Assembly: GCF_964355755.1 (NCBI RefSeq)
Contig: NC_092671.1
Coordinates: 17,236,001 to 17,300,000, forward strand
Reading direction: 5' to 3'
From: Antedon mediterranea
Taxonomy: Eukaryota; Animalia; Echinodermata
DNA length: 64,000 nt
This document shows, piece after piece, positions 13,401 through 28,539 of this stretch. A program made the position numbers and the translations under genes. The first letter of the stretch is position 1. The number at the start of each line of letters is the position of its first letter. The notes beneath the pieces are model-generated. The model worked only from the letters and a program-made list of their open reading frames with translations. It ran no database searches and was not told the origin of the DNA.

Positions 13401-16400
13401 AATTTTACGGAACAAACCCTAATACTGAAGATCATTCGTGCCCAGGATCTTCCTGCAAAAGATCTTAGGTAAGTACTTTGTTGTGAGGTCCGTGTTTTCC
13501 AGAATGATCAGAAAATCCGGACAGGACATTGTGGACAGATGAAGGGAACCTTAGGGGAGAATGAAGTTGTGGTATATGTCATCCACACCTGTGCGCAATT
13601 CAGCCCAGTAGGTTACAGATTATTTCCCCCATACATTTTAATCAAAATGGTACTGGGTTTGACCAACTAGCGTTATGTTCCCAACTAGTCATCCATTTCA
13701 TAGAAGTACTGATGGCGACTGTAAAATGGACCCGAGACATGACTTTCTTCGACTCTTAGTTGATAGAAGTTTTTGAATATTTTGTTAGGATAGAGATGAC
13801 AAATAATAGAAGTAGAATAGTAGAAAACAAATCTCTTTACGCCAAATTACATTACAACAAGTATATAAGAATAATTTTATTATTACACTGTAACTTCTTA
13901 AAGGTAAAGCAGATATCCTTGAAAAATATAATGAGTTTGTGAATGGTTTATTCATGTACTAATGGCTTATTATTGTACAATAATGGTTTGTATTTATGCA
14001 CTAATGGCTTATTATTGTCTGATAATGTTTTGTATTTATGTATCTTACAATGCATCAATTATTATTCATTCATGCTCACAAGATGAGGTGTTAAATACTG
14101 TAATGTTTTTTGTAACAACCATTTAATCTTTCTATGAATTTCTACTGGTTTTGCCGAACCATACGGAGTTATACTGAGTCATGCAGAATAAAACATGTTC
14201 AGGGTATTGAGTTTTTCTTTATCAGCCACTGGATGGTTTTAGATTTAAAAGTACATTATTATTTAAAATACAGTACAGCGAGTACATTATTTTTTGTTTA
14301 TAAAATATAAAATGATTACACATATGTTGTTGTAATACAGTTGGAAAGTGGATCATTTTTAATGAAAATATTATTAAAGTTTAATAACTCTGTTGTCTAT
14401 GAACACTTAGGGTTTTTGTTAAGCCAGAGAGACGCCAAGAAGTTTATGCGGCTGTTTTGGTTTTGGTAATTTTCTGAGTCTAAGTCTAAGTCAGAGGCTT
14501 CCTTAAATTCCTCGTACCAAAATGGTCTCTTCCTATTTATTCTTTAGCTCTCTTTCCTCTTAAATAGTATATAAATATATATCCTTTCATATAAATACAG
14601 ACTACACATTAATACATACTTGTTATGTCTTAATCTAATGGTAAATTGATTTTAATGTTAAAATATTGTTATGTCAGGATTTTAAAATTAGCTTTCCTTC
14701 TTAAGTGCAAACTCTGGGAGGTAATTGATTGTTACTTTCTTGTTGGATACTTTGTTACCAAGGTAACTAAAACTTGCCATATCTGCAATGAATTGTGATA
14801 ATTGATAAAAAAAAAGTAGGCCTTATGATAAATTGTGTAATTATTACTTTTGATTTGATTTGTGTTATGCATCTAATTCTACCAATGACATAGTATAGGG
14901 TCATCTTTAAACTAGCTTATAGTATGCGTGTTTCTCGTTATATAAATTGTAGTATTCTATATTTTAAAATTCCTTTCAAGGTAATATTAATCCTAGTAAT
15001 TTCATTTACACATTTCTCACAGTAAAACAGTGGGAAAACCTACTTTTTGTTATTTAACCCATCAAAGCCAACCAGAAAAGAAGGGTGTGTTACACCATGT
15101 ATTCCAATATAAATTGTCCGGCGCACACTGTGAGCAAAGTGTTATTTGTGTCAGTTGGCTCAGCCGATAGCTATAGTGTGAGCCGGGCTTTATGTTACAA
15201 ATGTCTTCTGCAGTTGATACATTCTAAACGTTTACTTTACTTTCCTTTTTTTACTAGTTATTTGCTGTTATGGGAGGTCACACAAAGTTCCGGTGTTCAA
15301 CCGGTTAATAGTAATTCACCACGCTCTTGTTGGAACATGCTCAAAGCAAAGCATTGTTGTTACGCTTGCATTACGTGGGTTGCGCTTTCCGGGGCTTTAT
15401 CTGGTAAAAATTGGTATTTACCACGCTATGTGAAGAGATTGATATTAGGACATTTACTTTTTATCATGTGACCCATAATCGTCTAATCAAATGACAGGAA
15501 TCTATTTAGGTGTTATATAATAATGTTTATTTTCCATCCAAACTTTTAAACCAAATAACGTTTAATATTATTGGTTTGATTTCACAGTGGCACCAGTGAT
15601 CCATTTGTCAAAATCTTATTACTTCCAAATAAAAAGAGCAAAATGGAAACAAAGGTGAAGAAAAAGAAACTGAACCCAACTTGGCATGAGACGTTTCTAT
15701 TTGAAGGTACATGTACAGAACATAATTACCTATTATCTAAAGCTCTGTCTACACTAGTTTGACAACAAAAAGTGTGATGTGCCCAAATATGGTAGTCATT
15801 GTGTCCATATATGGGCACATCACATTTTTTGTCACATGAAGTTTGATAGTGTAGACAGAGCTAAAAGCGTAAACATACATTTTAAGTTATTGTTAAGCAT
15901 ATACAAAAAAGTATGATGTACCCAAATATGGTAATTTGACCTGGCCCTGACACTAGCCATATTATTACAAAATAGGCAAATCACCCAAATTTGGTCTTGG
16001 AATATTAGTACTACTTCAGTTGAAGCAGTGTAGTATATTGATGCTATTGCTACAATTAATTTTTATGTTAAATGTATTAGGAGTATGGTATTGTCCCTAT
16101 AGCAAGAAAAATAGTAATTTTGACTAACAAACATAAATAAAGATCTATTGCAAAGCCCCATTGTGATTACCAAATTATAAAAAGAAAACTGATCAAGGCA
16201 TAGACTGATAACTGCAATAAATTTATTGTAGGGTTTAATTAATAACATAATGAGTATAATTTATATGGTAATTATTCTGATATTCTAATTACAATGTTCC
16301 TAGTTATCTTATGCTAATCTTATCATATCTTGAATAAACAGTAGTTTAGTAGCAACTGCTATTTTATAGCCTGTGGATTGAATTCCCATTACGATATCAT

Positions 16401-19400
16401 GATACAAATTATTTTTATTTTTTAAAAATGGTATATACGTAAGTAGTACCTATAATCTTTTTTATTTAATTATTAATTTTATCCTTTGAATTTGTAAAAT
16501 TGAATGTGAGCCAACATAATTATACTATAGTAGAAACCCTAGTGGACACCTTGACTTCAGCAAAGTGTCCCCTTGATAGAAGTGTTGCCTCAATAGGGAT
16601 TACCAGTAGTAGTATATTTATCCTCATTATTTTCACAAGAAAAGTATCCCATTAGGCGTGTCCCCTGTCCTGAATAGAGGTTCTATTATATTGTCACCAA
16701 AAGAAAATAGCCTGGAACCCAGAATTGTCAAAAACGCAATAACAAATTGCCAATTCAATTTTTCTTTAAGGTTTTCCATATAATAAATTGCAAGAGCGAA
16801 TTCTGCATTTACAAGTACTGGACTATGATAAATTCAGTAGAAATGATGCAATAGGTGAAGTGAATATACCATTATGTGACATTGAGCTTGCCAAAGAAAC
16901 TACGTATTGGAAAAACCTGTTACCAAGCAAAAAATCGGCTGTAAGTCTACTTTGAACTTATACAATTAACCTGATCTTAAAGGCCCATTTACACTAGGAA
17001 GATAACGATCAATATGTATTTTTCATTACATAAACAAAATAAATTTAATCTAGTGTAAATGGGCCTTAAGGGGGCAACCAAAGAAGTAACTGGTGCTGCT
17101 AATACATATTTTCTAGTAATATAATTGAATATACTGTATCCTAGATCTGGTGGTGGAACAAGTCTTCTTTGATAAAGACTATAAACCATTTGCCCAGTTA
17201 CCTGTTTATACATTTTTAGTTCCCTATCTGATACACAGTTTATTCATTTTATTCAATCCACAATCAATTGGTATCATATATTATTACTGTTGGTAGTTTT
17301 TACTAATATGCAATGCTGAAGTTATTTACACATTTAGTACTGTATTAAGAGTAAGAATGTATTTGGCATATAATATAACTGTAATTGTGTGGAAAATCTC
17401 AATAATTGTGCATTTCTATACACTGTACTATATATGGTAGAATAGTGAGGGTTAGCAAACATGACTAATACTCATTATTTTGCATTTTGAAGAGTAATTA
17501 TAGTACATTGAATAATAAAATAGCCCCTTAAATGTCTATACACATAAATCAATTAATAAACAATATTTGTAACTAAAAGAAACTAGAACCTTACCTTCAA
17601 ATGATTAAGTCCAATATAGCTACCAATAGGTAAAGTAATTCCAAGTGTATTATATAATTAAGAATATAAGATGGAGCTGTATTATAAGACTAGGCCTCTA
17701 CACAAAAAGGTGTGGCCTTATTGTAGATAGAAACACACTGTCCAGCAGTAGGGAATACAACAATAGCAACAAGTAGAACAAAGCAGAACAAATGTACACA
17801 TGTGCTAGTACTGTATTTAAATTAGGATGCAAATTAGCAAGGCTCAAGAGGATAGGAAACTACTAGAAACAGTAATCTTGAAAAGAAAAAAATAATAAAG
17901 AAAGAAAACAGAAAATGTGTTACATTCATAACCAACATTTTCATTATTATCGTCATTCTCATATCCTTATCATCCTCATCATTTTCATCCTCATCATATC
18001 ATTTATCATCGTCTTCATTATCACTATCTTCATATCATTATCATTAACATCATCATATCATCTTCATTATTATCATCCTCATATCATTATCAACATCATT
18101 ATATCATTTATCTTAATATTATGTATCACCATCTTCATTGTCATCCTATCATTTATCATCATCATATCATGTATCATCATCTTCATTATCATTCTCACTT
18201 TAGTTTTATCATCATCATCAACACTATCAATGTCACTACTAATATTTCATCATCCTCATATCATTATCATTTATCACCATCATCATATCATTTAACACTA
18301 TTTTCATTATCATCATATCATTTATCACCATCTTCGTATCATTTATCACTATCTTCATTATCATCATATCATTTATCACCATCCTCATATCATTTATTAT
18401 CATCATATCATCATTTATTATATTGTATTTATCATCATCTTCTATTATATCATTCTCACTCCAGTTTCATCACCATCATCAACATACTGTATGTCAACAT
18501 TGTTTATCCTCACCACCAATATTATCATCACTCAGCTAAATTATCAGTTCTCATTCAAGCATTATACAGTGCTCATGTTTCACATTTAAAAGCATTTTAT
18601 GTCTTTTCAAGTTAATATCAATACCACTACAATCGTATTGTTATGAACCTTCATCTAAGGTATTAAATCTTTTGTTTATTTATCAGTCAGGTTTTCTGCT
18701 AATTACTAACCCCCAGTGTTCATAGCTAGATTCTACTCAAATTTCCATAAGGATTTCCGAAAAAAATCTTTCAATGTACATATTTACATTACAAGGCAAT
18801 TAGTAAAATTAACGCAGTTGTCATAGCGATTTTTGTGAGCATCTTAGACATCATCTATTGACTGGATGAAATATATCGTTATCGACTGACAAATTAACGC
18901 ACCATTCATAACAAAATTCTGACATACCATTTTCCTCTGGGCAAGGAAATGGAGTGTTACAAACTTAATCCAAGTACAGTAACTAAGAATAATTTCAATA
19001 TGAATAAATAGATCTGCTTAACAAGTAAGATCAATAAAGGTTGTGTGTAAGGTTATTTTTTTTCTACCGGTATGTAGAAATTAATTTTAACATTTTGTTG
19101 AATGTATAATTTTAATTAATTATTATTTTTCTATAAAACTAACTAAATAGAACATATCTGAAATAACAAATATTCTGTATATTCATACAATTGAACATTT
19201 AAAAAACAAAACATTTACATTTGAAACAGATGAATTATGGTAGTAAAACATACAAGACATTAAGCATTTTTAAGGTGAAATTGGTGAATGTAAAAAAAAA
19301 TTACTACTGTAAACTATTTAAGATTAGTGTTTTTAAATTATATATTTTGAGTTCTCTTCTATTACATACATTCGCACATATTTCCTCACCTTATTGTTTC

Positions 19401-22347
19401 AAATAAATTTATTAAATTTCAGTATATTACCAGGGGGTTTAGAATTAATGTTCTATTCCTGTTGTGTTTATATATTATTATAATTTATATATTAAATAAT
19501 GCTTAAAGAGTGCCCATGGCCTAAAGCCTAAGCCAGCACTATTTGAGCCATAGATAATTTATGCACAAGTTAGATTTAACGCCATTCTAACATGATGATT
19601 TTTATGTTCAATTCTATGTTTTTACGATATTTTATTCCTATTGTTCATGATTGAATTAGCATCCACCAAGAAGATTTATATAATCATATAAATTGAGCTT
19701 TAAAGCCTACTTTTCACCTGTTGTCTTTTTGCTATCATTATGTTCAGTGAGAAAGCCTAATAAATCCTTAAAACAGGCAGCTCCGTTTCAGAATAAATAA
19801 ATTATCTTATTCATTGGAACTGATGTTCATCAGTTCTGTTACAACATGTAACTACATTATTGAGTGGATGACCCATTTTAGTATGAAAGGGTTGATATAA
19901 AACAGTGCTGCACTGCCTTAGAAAAAAGCACGTTAAAAAAGAATATGTACAGGTATGTTTGTAAAACATACAATCACATTATTAAATTTGCTTTCTGACA
20001 ACAGAAAAAATGTTACCATGCTGTTGTTACCACTCAATTGTGAGAAAAACAACAGCAAGTTGTGAAATAGGTTGAAATTAATGTATTTTAATATTATATA
20101 TTTGTTTAGGGCAAGCTGGGTGATGTTCTATTTTCAATCATGTATGTACCCTCGCAAGGCCAACTAACAATAGTAATAATGAAATGCAGGAATCTTCAAG
20201 CTAAGGATATAACAGGCAAATCGGGTAAAGTTGCATTTCTTTTTCAGTTTATTAGAAGACTCCTGTATAACCACTGGTTGGGGAAGTGTATTTACTAAAA
20301 TATACTAGGTTGTCTGGTAGTAGATATTTGTATATTGCTTATAATACATATGGTATATTGACTGGGCTGAGGGGCATGGTTAAAAATAGTAGCCCTCCGT
20401 GATCTGGAGACTATGCTATAGTATGTCTCCAGATCACCCCACTGAAATCTCAGTCAATATTTGTTTTATATACTGTACCATACAATTTGTGTGTAGGCTA
20501 GGTCCTAGCCCGAAGCATAATATCTCTATGCCCGAAGCGAAACCATAACATGGACTTAGTTGGTGTAGGCCTTGTAGCTAGTGGCACAATTCATTGTTCT
20601 TTCGCAAACAGCAAACATCATCAAAAGGCCTAGATTTGATAATTCATCGCTTTCAGCTATGCAATAAATTTCCCCAAAGCATGCTTTATTTGTTTCTTCA
20701 TATTTTAACTGGCCACTCAACTTACTAATTCTTCCAATTCTTCCAGCCAACTTCTAAAAGTTCAACAAGCTAGCTATATTCAACAAATAATCACAATTGG
20801 TGTACAGGTCAAATTGTTATTTAGGATGAAACACGGACATGCATAGTTTAGTGGGGCTACAGTTCCGGGCATGGCAATAAATAGACTACCGATTAACCAA
20901 TGAGGTGCTGGTATATAAATATTTCTGTATGCTTGAGTAATCAACTTTCATTCATAAAAATATGAAGAAAAAAAATAAAATGAAAAGAATGTTTTATATA
21001 TTTTGGTCTCATGTTTTAAATGAATACAAATTAATATCTATAGCAGGTATAGAATAATTATCATTTATCTGAGGTATGATTAATATTCTTGAATGTAATT
21101 TGTTTCATTATTTGCTTATGGGATAAAATCACTCACAATACAGTCAATATTGGATTACATCTCGATTTATTAATCAAAAATAATTTGTTGGCCTTTTTTT
21201 TTATCTTATCAATAATTCATTCCTCATCTACCTTGATTTGATTTCAAATATTAAAATCTTTTTTCTGGGGTTTATTATACCCTGACATTTTATGAAAAGC
21301 AATACTAGATAATCATTAATCTTATTAATGTTCTAGATGTCAAATGAACATCAATTAAATTTTAAAATTGATACTTATTTCGCATAATCTATAAACAAAG
21401 GAAAGGAAGGAAAGTAAAGGTCATATAGATCATATATTGTTCCTGCAATTTCAATATTTGTTCCTTCAATTATCACTTTTTTTTTAATTCTCCAAGTTTT
21501 GAAGAAAACAAATTTTAGTGGTAAAAATACATTCCAAAACACAAACGGAGAGATTTAAAACAAGTAAAAAGGTCCACCATGCATATAAGTTATTATTTTC
21601 CATCAGCATGGTCAATATTTAGTGTTGTGGCTATTGACATGGTCGACAATGCATGAAAAACAAGTCTGTTGTCTTAAGCTCCACAGCAAACTAATCGCAC
21701 AGTGCCAATAGAAAATAATAATAATGACAAATACAATTGACCCAGGGGCGTAAATGGATATGAGCTCTCATTGACTAAACCTAGAGGCCCCTGAGGAGGA
21801 GCTGCCTCAATGCAATCCAGCATTTAATTGGAGAGCCCCTTATGAGTGCTAAACCAGGGGTCTTTTCTCCCTGCGTTACACCACTGGATTGACCATTACG
21901 CCACTTCCAAAGTGAAATGGCAAGCTTCTTCAAGGGCTAGGATGTGACTGAGTGTGACCAGGGAAGAGATTGTAATTTAACTCTTCCCTGGTGTGACATA
22001 AAGTATTCCTTTTTATAATTTCTGTCTATTTTTCAGATCCATACGTCAAGATATGGCATATGTACAAAGGAAAACGTGTAGAGAAAAAGAAAACAACCGT
22101 AAAAAAATGCACCTTGAACCCGATCTTCAACGAAGAATTTGTATTTGACGTTTCTTTGGACAAGATACGGGATACAAGCTTTATAATATCTGTACTGGAT
22201 CGGGATCGATTATCAAAAAACGATGCCATAGGTAGCGTGTTGATAGGACACAAGACGTCACCGTTAGAGATGAAACACTGGAATGAGATGTTTGCTAAAG
22301 CGCGCCAACCAATCGCTCAGTGGCACGTACTAAAAGACATGTCGTAA
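7306..22347 (+). CDS. SYT7: Synaptotagmin-7-like gene, 5'-partial: join(7306..7420,13332..13468,15588..15706,16771..16940,20110..20224,22037..22347)
   Basis: The spliced translation gives [103 protein letters not shown] (C2A) and ...[36 protein letters not shown]...[10 protein letters not shown] (C2B), closely matching Syt7 as I recall it. All GT-AG junctions are phase-compatible and the five Ca2+-binding Asp residues are present in each C2 domain. The N-terminal TM exon(s) were not found and probably lie upstream. Confidence 0.93.
9082..9226. mobile_element. Harbinger-like MITE family A, copy 1
   Basis: TIR AG(C/T)TCTGTCTACACTATCAAACT; TTA TSD; internal CCCAAATATGG motifs. Confidence 0.8.
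9640..9952. mobile_element. Repeat element with a long terminal hairpin (9789-9950)
   Basis: About 75-bp inverted arms with a 26-bp perfect core; its 5' motif ATATAACACCTA..A.ATTCCTGTCATTTGATT recurs inverted at about 15480-15520. Confidence 0.6.
11013..11242. mobile_element. Harbinger-like MITE (degenerate)
   Basis: TIRs AGCCTGTTTTCCAGTT / AACTAGAAAACAGGCT. Confidence 0.55.
13332..13468 (+). CDS. SYT7: SYT7 exon, start of C2A
   Basis: tttaag|GAT...AG|gtaagt; encodes [12 protein letters not shown]...KDL. Confidence 0.92.
15588..15706 (+). CDS. SYT7: SYT7 exon, C2A
   Basis: cacag|T...G|gtac; encodes GTSDPFVK...[12 protein letters not shown]. Confidence 0.95.
15741..15862. mobile_element. 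MITE family A, copy 2
   Basis: Same TIR and internal motifs. Confidence 0.8.
16528..16688. mobile_element. Tc1/mariner(pogo)-like MITE
   Basis: TAGTAGAAACC...GAGGTTCTATTA flanked by TA; internal GTGTCCCC...ATAG subrepeats. Confidence 0.55.
16771..16940 (+). CDS. SYT7: SYT7 exon, end of C2A
   Basis: tttaag|GT...GCT|gtaagt; encodes [14 protein letters not shown]. Confidence 0.95.
17930..18530. repeat. Degenerate (ATC/CAT)n low-complexity tract
   Basis: Seen directly; it produces the spurious His/Ile/Ser-rich ORFs. Confidence 0.9.
20110..20224 (+). CDS. SYT7: SYT7 exon, start of C2B
   Basis: tttag|GGC...G|gtaaag; encodes [14 protein letters not shown]...[13 protein letters not shown]. Confidence 0.95.
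21743..21886. mobile_element. hAT-type MITE family C, copy 1
   Basis: CAGGGGCGTAA...TTACACCACTG; TSD AATTGACC/GATTGACC. Confidence 0.8.
22037..22347 (+). CDS. SYT7: SYT7 terminal coding exon, C2B
   Basis: tttcag|AT CCA TAC; overlaps ORF 22060..22347; contains polybasic [17 protein letters not shown] and the AQWH motif; ends in TAA. Confidence 0.96.
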
Positions 22348-25300
22348 TAGACGCACGCAATGCAAGGATTGGAAAACAAAAATGTGATTGAGAGTAAAGA
22401 ATATTCTGCATTTAGATATATTGCTGAGGTTGATATATTAAACAGTTCAGAATTTGCAATGTACTAACATTAAAACTGAATAGGTGTGCTACCAAATGAC
22501 ATTGATTTGGCAGTCTGCATCTCAGTATGTCTGGTGCTTGCAACATGTAGGTGTGCCGGCAGAAGGCACAAGAAAATGCAACTGATGGTTGAAAGAAAGT
22601 CTTGAAATTGTGCAAGAGATCATATCAAGTCATGCTCCTAAAACTACTAAAGAGCCTTGACAGAGCAGAGAGAAAAAGAATCATTTTAATATTTCTTGTA
22701 ACCCTCATGCTTTAGCACAATCCAGCCATGTTTCTAATTTCTGGTACCCACCCACAAACTGTACCTATAGCTACCTGGTATCTATCATAAGCAACTTAGT
22801 TTATTGTTTAAGAAATTCAATACACATATGTGTTTCTACTACAAACCTAATTTCAAACTGGTTAGCATAAATGGTGTAACTGTTGTTGCTTCAAAAGCAG
22901 TACACCTTACTGTTATTGAAGAATAATCTTGCAATATATTTAAGATTTGAACCAAGATGCTGTACTTTATATTAATCAACAAACTGTACGCTAGCAACAA
23001 TTTACCTAGCTAGACTAGCTAACGTTCCTATCCGTGATATTGTTCTGATAATTATTAGAATAACATCATGTGCTTTGCCATTTTTGCTATTTAATTTCAT
23101 GATTTTCACTCTGATCAATAATCAGAAATAACCTAGCTAGCAAAAACCAATCTTAAGTATTATTCTAAATATGAATAATAAACATTAAGTGTTTTGCCTG
23201 TTTCACTATTTAATTTTTTGTCGTGATTTTCACCATAATAAATAATTGTACAGGGAATGCCTTGAGTTAAACCATTTGTTCTTTATACTTGTCTTTACAT
23301 AGTTAGTTTAAGAACTTTAAATTGTGTGTAAAATGTTGACGTCGTTTTAGAAAATCCTCTTAAAACCTGCCTAAATGGTAATATCACGGAGAAATACATT
23401 CCCGATTAAATTCGCAGCATAGATTGTGTGAGAGTGTCACTCTTGCATATGTAGCTGTACAGTAATCTCATTAAATAGCATTGTGCTGTTTAATGTATCC
23501 TAGACAATTTTCTACAAAATTTGCAATATATTTACAGAGATTGTGTTTTAGCTTACGTCTCAACTGCACCTGTATCATAGTATTACTTGATGCATATCAA
23601 CAAATCATATGCTCTTTATTATTATTATTCTTACTGTCATGGGCATACTTAATATTAGAAATATTATATTAATATCAGAATATGATAGTGTAATGTATAT
23701 TGTATAGAATTATTAAATTTATATGTGTATAATATACATAAATCCTTGGTTGTTTGCTTTTACTATTTTTCATACATGTTGCACTTATTGTTTTTTTTTT
23801 TAAAGGTGCTAATTACAGAATATCTTTTATAAAAACAGATCATTCCCAAAGAAAGTTACTTATTTACGTATTATACCACATCTTATTGAACAGAAACACA
23901 TGTATATTTCAATGAACACAGTGCAAACTATAGTAGTCATTCCTTCAGTATTATTTTGTGTGTCATTGTAAAACTAATTTTATATTTTTTTTACCTGAAT
24001 TATAGAGTGTAAGTTTTCAACCACCATTTTAGTTTTTTTTTTACAATGGGAATAATAATTTTATAATTGTTGTTTTTACCTGCGCATGTAATCTATTTAT
24101 CAAAATCGATCCGACACATTAGGAACATTCCACATGACAACCGCATATTAGGTTAAAGTTTACAATGAAGTATTGACTTTAGTACAACTACAATACAATA
24201 TTTGTTGATGATTTATAGCTGTTATGTTATTACTGTTTGTGAATATTCTTCTATGATTGTTTACTACAATACAGTAGTATATTCCTATCTCTTATTTTGT
24301 ATAGGTGTTATCGTAATTACTTAACTCCCCATGGAATACTTTCATATTGTTTTTCCCGCTCGCAATACGATGATTATCCACAAACTACAAATTGGCTGCG
24401 TTATATTATACAGTACACTATACTATTGCAAGTTTTCGTGTGAATTTTTGTAACGCCAGAGAGATAAAAATAAATCTACATACATGAATGTCGAATTGGC
24501 TGGGGGAATCTTACCTTTCTTATATTTCAATTTATCCAGCACAAATAATGATTATTATAAGAAGCTTGCAACCCCACAGGGACATTCAAGACAAACATTA
24601 TATGTAATAAGATGATGAGATGTATTGTCCATATTATTAGTAAACTCAGTACTTGGTAAAAATATAATTTTATAATATTTACAATATTCTTTTTTATTTA
24701 AAATTATAGATGCTTTCATATCTGTTTATATGTGCTAATGAATAAAATGTATGAATTCATTTGTGCATTAATATTGTATTTCATCCAATAGATGAATATT
24801 ATTTATTGATATATAATATGATTTATATATTCTGGGGATAAAACTGTACTGAATGTAAATAATCTGAATATTAATTTATCATTGTATTAAGTTATATACA
24901 TAAATCTTTGGTGTATAAAATAATATAATATGTCGTATATTTACTATGTTCTATAGTCTATCAGTTTGAAAAATGAAATGTATAGTAATAATTTTACAGG
25001 TCTCAGTTTCAGCTAACCAGTGTGTAAGTCATCACTTTACAAAAAGAAAAAAAATTAAAATATACATTTTTACTGAATGGCCCTAAATAAATAATTATAA
25101 CTTATGTTTGGTTATACAAAACGATAAACTGTTGAAATAGCTAATATTATATAATTGTAAATCAATATTGTGTAAACTATGTACTATATTCAGTGGATTT
25201 AAAACTTGTCTCACCTTATCTTTCATAGCTTACGATATTTAAATTTTATAAATACGGTATATAAATATATATATATATGTATAGAAAGTAATATCTTTGG

Positions 25301-25981
25301 CTGAATATTCATCCGAACGAATAGTTTATTAAAACATTTCCGCAAATAATAAATACCCTACCACACAAACCGATTTTCTACCTTAAGATATCAGAATTTT
25401 CACCAGCCATGAAGCTATACAAAAGAATGTGTATGCATTGACCTATGACCTTTTGTCTTTGATTTTCAGCAGATAACATTCTCTAAAGCTTGTCGACATT
25501 ACCTACAGTATTTCATATTGCCTGTTTAATCTCTTTACTATCATGCCTCTGTTATATATGTATTCTTACCTACAGCAAATAAAGTGGATTTCATGTTTTG
25601 TTTATAAATTGTTTTTTTTGTATGTTTCTAAACTACTGTGTTACCAGCGATTTGAACCTAAACCTTCCACACAAACAACTAAACCAAACTCACAAGATAC
25701 AGAGTATACATACAGAATACATGCAAGATAATATATAGATCTTAAAAGTATAGTTAGAAAAAGTAAAACAGTGTTAATAAATACCAGGAAACTGACAAAT
25801 GATAATTCCAACATGCATGCATGTTTTCTGAAATACCATTACTCTTGCCTGGTATTTGAACTTAACCTCTCAGAACTTAACACATTGATAATGCTGATAA
25901 AATAACTGTGAAATGGATTTTCCAGAAAATACATTCACCAAGAGAGAGGAAGATATTGGAATTACTTTCTATAACAATATA

Positions 25982-26139
25982 CAGTGGCGTAATGGCTATG
26001 AGCGCTCACTGGCTGAAACCGGGGCCCCAGAGGAAACAAGAGGCATTAAAATATATAAAAAACGTCCATGGCCTCCAATGTTAGAGGGCTACTTAGGATC
26101 CCTAAACCAGGGGTCTCATGTCTCTGTGTTAAAACACTG
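25982..26139. mobile_element. hAT-type MITE family C, copy 2
   Basis: CAGTGGCGTAA...CACTG; perfect 8-bp TSD ACAATATA. Confidence 0.85.
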
Positions 26140-26921
26140 ACAATATATATTTTGATTGTCTTCGTCCATCATCAATTACTTCACCAATAAGCAAATAAAA
26201 TAAGATAATTTGAAAAATTCATTACATGAAAAATAATGAACTTCCAGTCATATTAGAGAACATTAATTTAATAATGACAATTAAACGAGAAAAAAAAACC
26301 ACAATGTATTATAATCTCTTTTGCTTTTTAATATAGTATAACCATGATACTTTTAATTAGCATAAATTCAATTAATTCATAATTTAGAAATGAGTGTTTA
26401 ATAATTGAAACAGATGTTTTGAAACAATTATTATTTTTAATACCACAACCTACATATACTGACTTTCATTTGAAAAAAAAAATTATATTTTCTAAAATAG
26501 ACAAATACAAGGATAAAGTAGTCGAAAACTACTGAAACTATAATATTATCTGGTGTTCAAATCCAAGGAGAAATGATGTACCTTAGGTAACAATTATTAA
26601 TAATAAATATAAAAATAATATATAATAAAATAATGACAGAAACTACAAACAAAAACCTTTTTCTATTTTAGTACAGAAATGATAAAACTGCAAATTGATT
26701 GAAATTATGGAGGCTTCGAGAAAATATTGAACAAATCCCAATCACAAGTATGGTTATGGAAAGACTGTTCATATATACAGTACCTCTAGCACATTCAAGA
26801 TGAAAATTTACACCATAAGAAAATATTTTAAACAAAATTTTGGTTCAAAAAAAGGTTGTTACTAGGAGGGATTTATTGTAAATCAAAAACAGAATGGTTA
26901 TAAAAACATAAAGAAATGTTA

Positions 26922-27035
26922 AGCTACACTATCAAACTAGTTTGACAAAAAAAAAAGTGCCGTGCCCAAATATGGTAGTGATAAGACATCATCGTGTTTT
27001 TTTGTCACATAAAGCTTGATAGTGTATACAGAGCT
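26922..27035. mobile_element. MITE family A, copy 3
   Basis: Same TIR (partly deleted); TTA TSD. Confidence 0.75.
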
Positions 27036-28444
27036 TTAATAGCGTCATCTTGTAGATTGAAGACCCATTTCTGTAAATATATTCCAATATCTATAAAGCT
27101 AGAGAGTAATTCTATATCAAATTGCTTGCACTGTAATTTGATTTTAAAATAAATTTCATAATGGTAATATATTCAGCATATAGTATGTTGAATACTGAAG
27201 GAGGCCTTCAATCATAGGCCTTCGTGTCATATTTGTATAAGTTTATTTTGAATAGTAATGAGAATTTTTCATAAAATGAAAGATAAACATTTTTTAAATT
27301 TTTTTATTTATTTATACTGGGTGACCTCTTCGAAGACTGTTCTCTCAGAGGGCCCAGTTATGATCAGTGGCTGTGAGTAGGCAGTAGTTGTTTGGACTCA
27401 AAATGTATAAAATTCATGTATGAGAACAGATTGTTGCTCTTGACGGAGGAGCTTGGAGATTCAAAATCAAATAAAGTGATTCACTGTTATATAGTCATAT
27501 ACTCACACAATTGTAAAATAAAATGATGGAACAGTTTTTATATTAGAACAATTAATTTCATCATTTTTATTGATTTATCATCTGACAGGGATTATGTAAA
27601 TATAAAACAGATGCTTTAAATTTCAAACACCCAACTAATTCCCTAAATGTGTGTATCACACACAATAAAAATAAAGAATAATTATTGGTATCATGTTCGG
27701 AGGTCTGAGATATCCGATGGGGAACACACCTTTAATCAAACACCACATTTTATTACATTTCTTCTGAATAGTGCTTTCAACAGTAAAGCCCTGAAAAATG
27801 AATACTGTAATAATATCAATATAAACTACAATTATTTAATTTTACCAATTTTAAAGTTTAAAGGAAATTTAAATATTATACTTACCTATATTAATATATA
27901 TTTTAATTTAAAGCAAAAAAAAAAATTTTTAATACATACAACACTGCTATCCAGTAAACTACTGTACAGACACATTACAATATTTTGAATGAATTTTTCT
28001 TACATGAAGGAAAAGTGAAAAAAACATTTCATGCCTTCGTTGTAACAAGAAAAATTCATTCAAAACATTATACATGAACCATCATCCATAGTTAAGTTAT
28101 ATTGTATTTGTCTCATTTATGTGATCAAATTTGTTGAGTTCAGATAGGGAGTCTCAACGGATCAGATTAGTACTGCGAAGATTGCCTTTGCTACACTGAC
28201 CAATCCATGCAACTGACCAGAGAACCAACCTGTTGCTTGACCGATTTATTTAAACTGCCGGGTTTGAACACTTCCAATGTGACCTCGCTTTTGCTATGTT
28301 ACCATCAGTCAGAACATACCCTTGTTTGTGTGATCGCATCTATTATCGCAAAATTCATTGTAAATCAAACAAGGTTGAGGTCAACCACGCTGAAAAGTCT
28401 GTTGGATATTTCATGTTTTCATATCAATACCACTGATACCAAAG

Positions 28445-28539
28445 AATCAAATTGCACTCCTCTGAGAGTGAATCAATTGCTCGGATTGATACGACCGAAT
28501 CCAATTCCACTCCTCTGAGAGTGAATCAATTGCTCGGAT
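28445..28539 (+). repeat. 53-bp-period tandem duplication in the probable ArfGAP 3'UTR
   Basis: CACTCCTCTGAGAGTGAATCAATTGCTCGGAT occurs at 28455 and 28508. Confidence 0.8.

Noticed and set aside
17915-18615. His/Ile/Ser-rich ORFs
   Set aside because: Translation of a degenerate (ATC)n microsatellite
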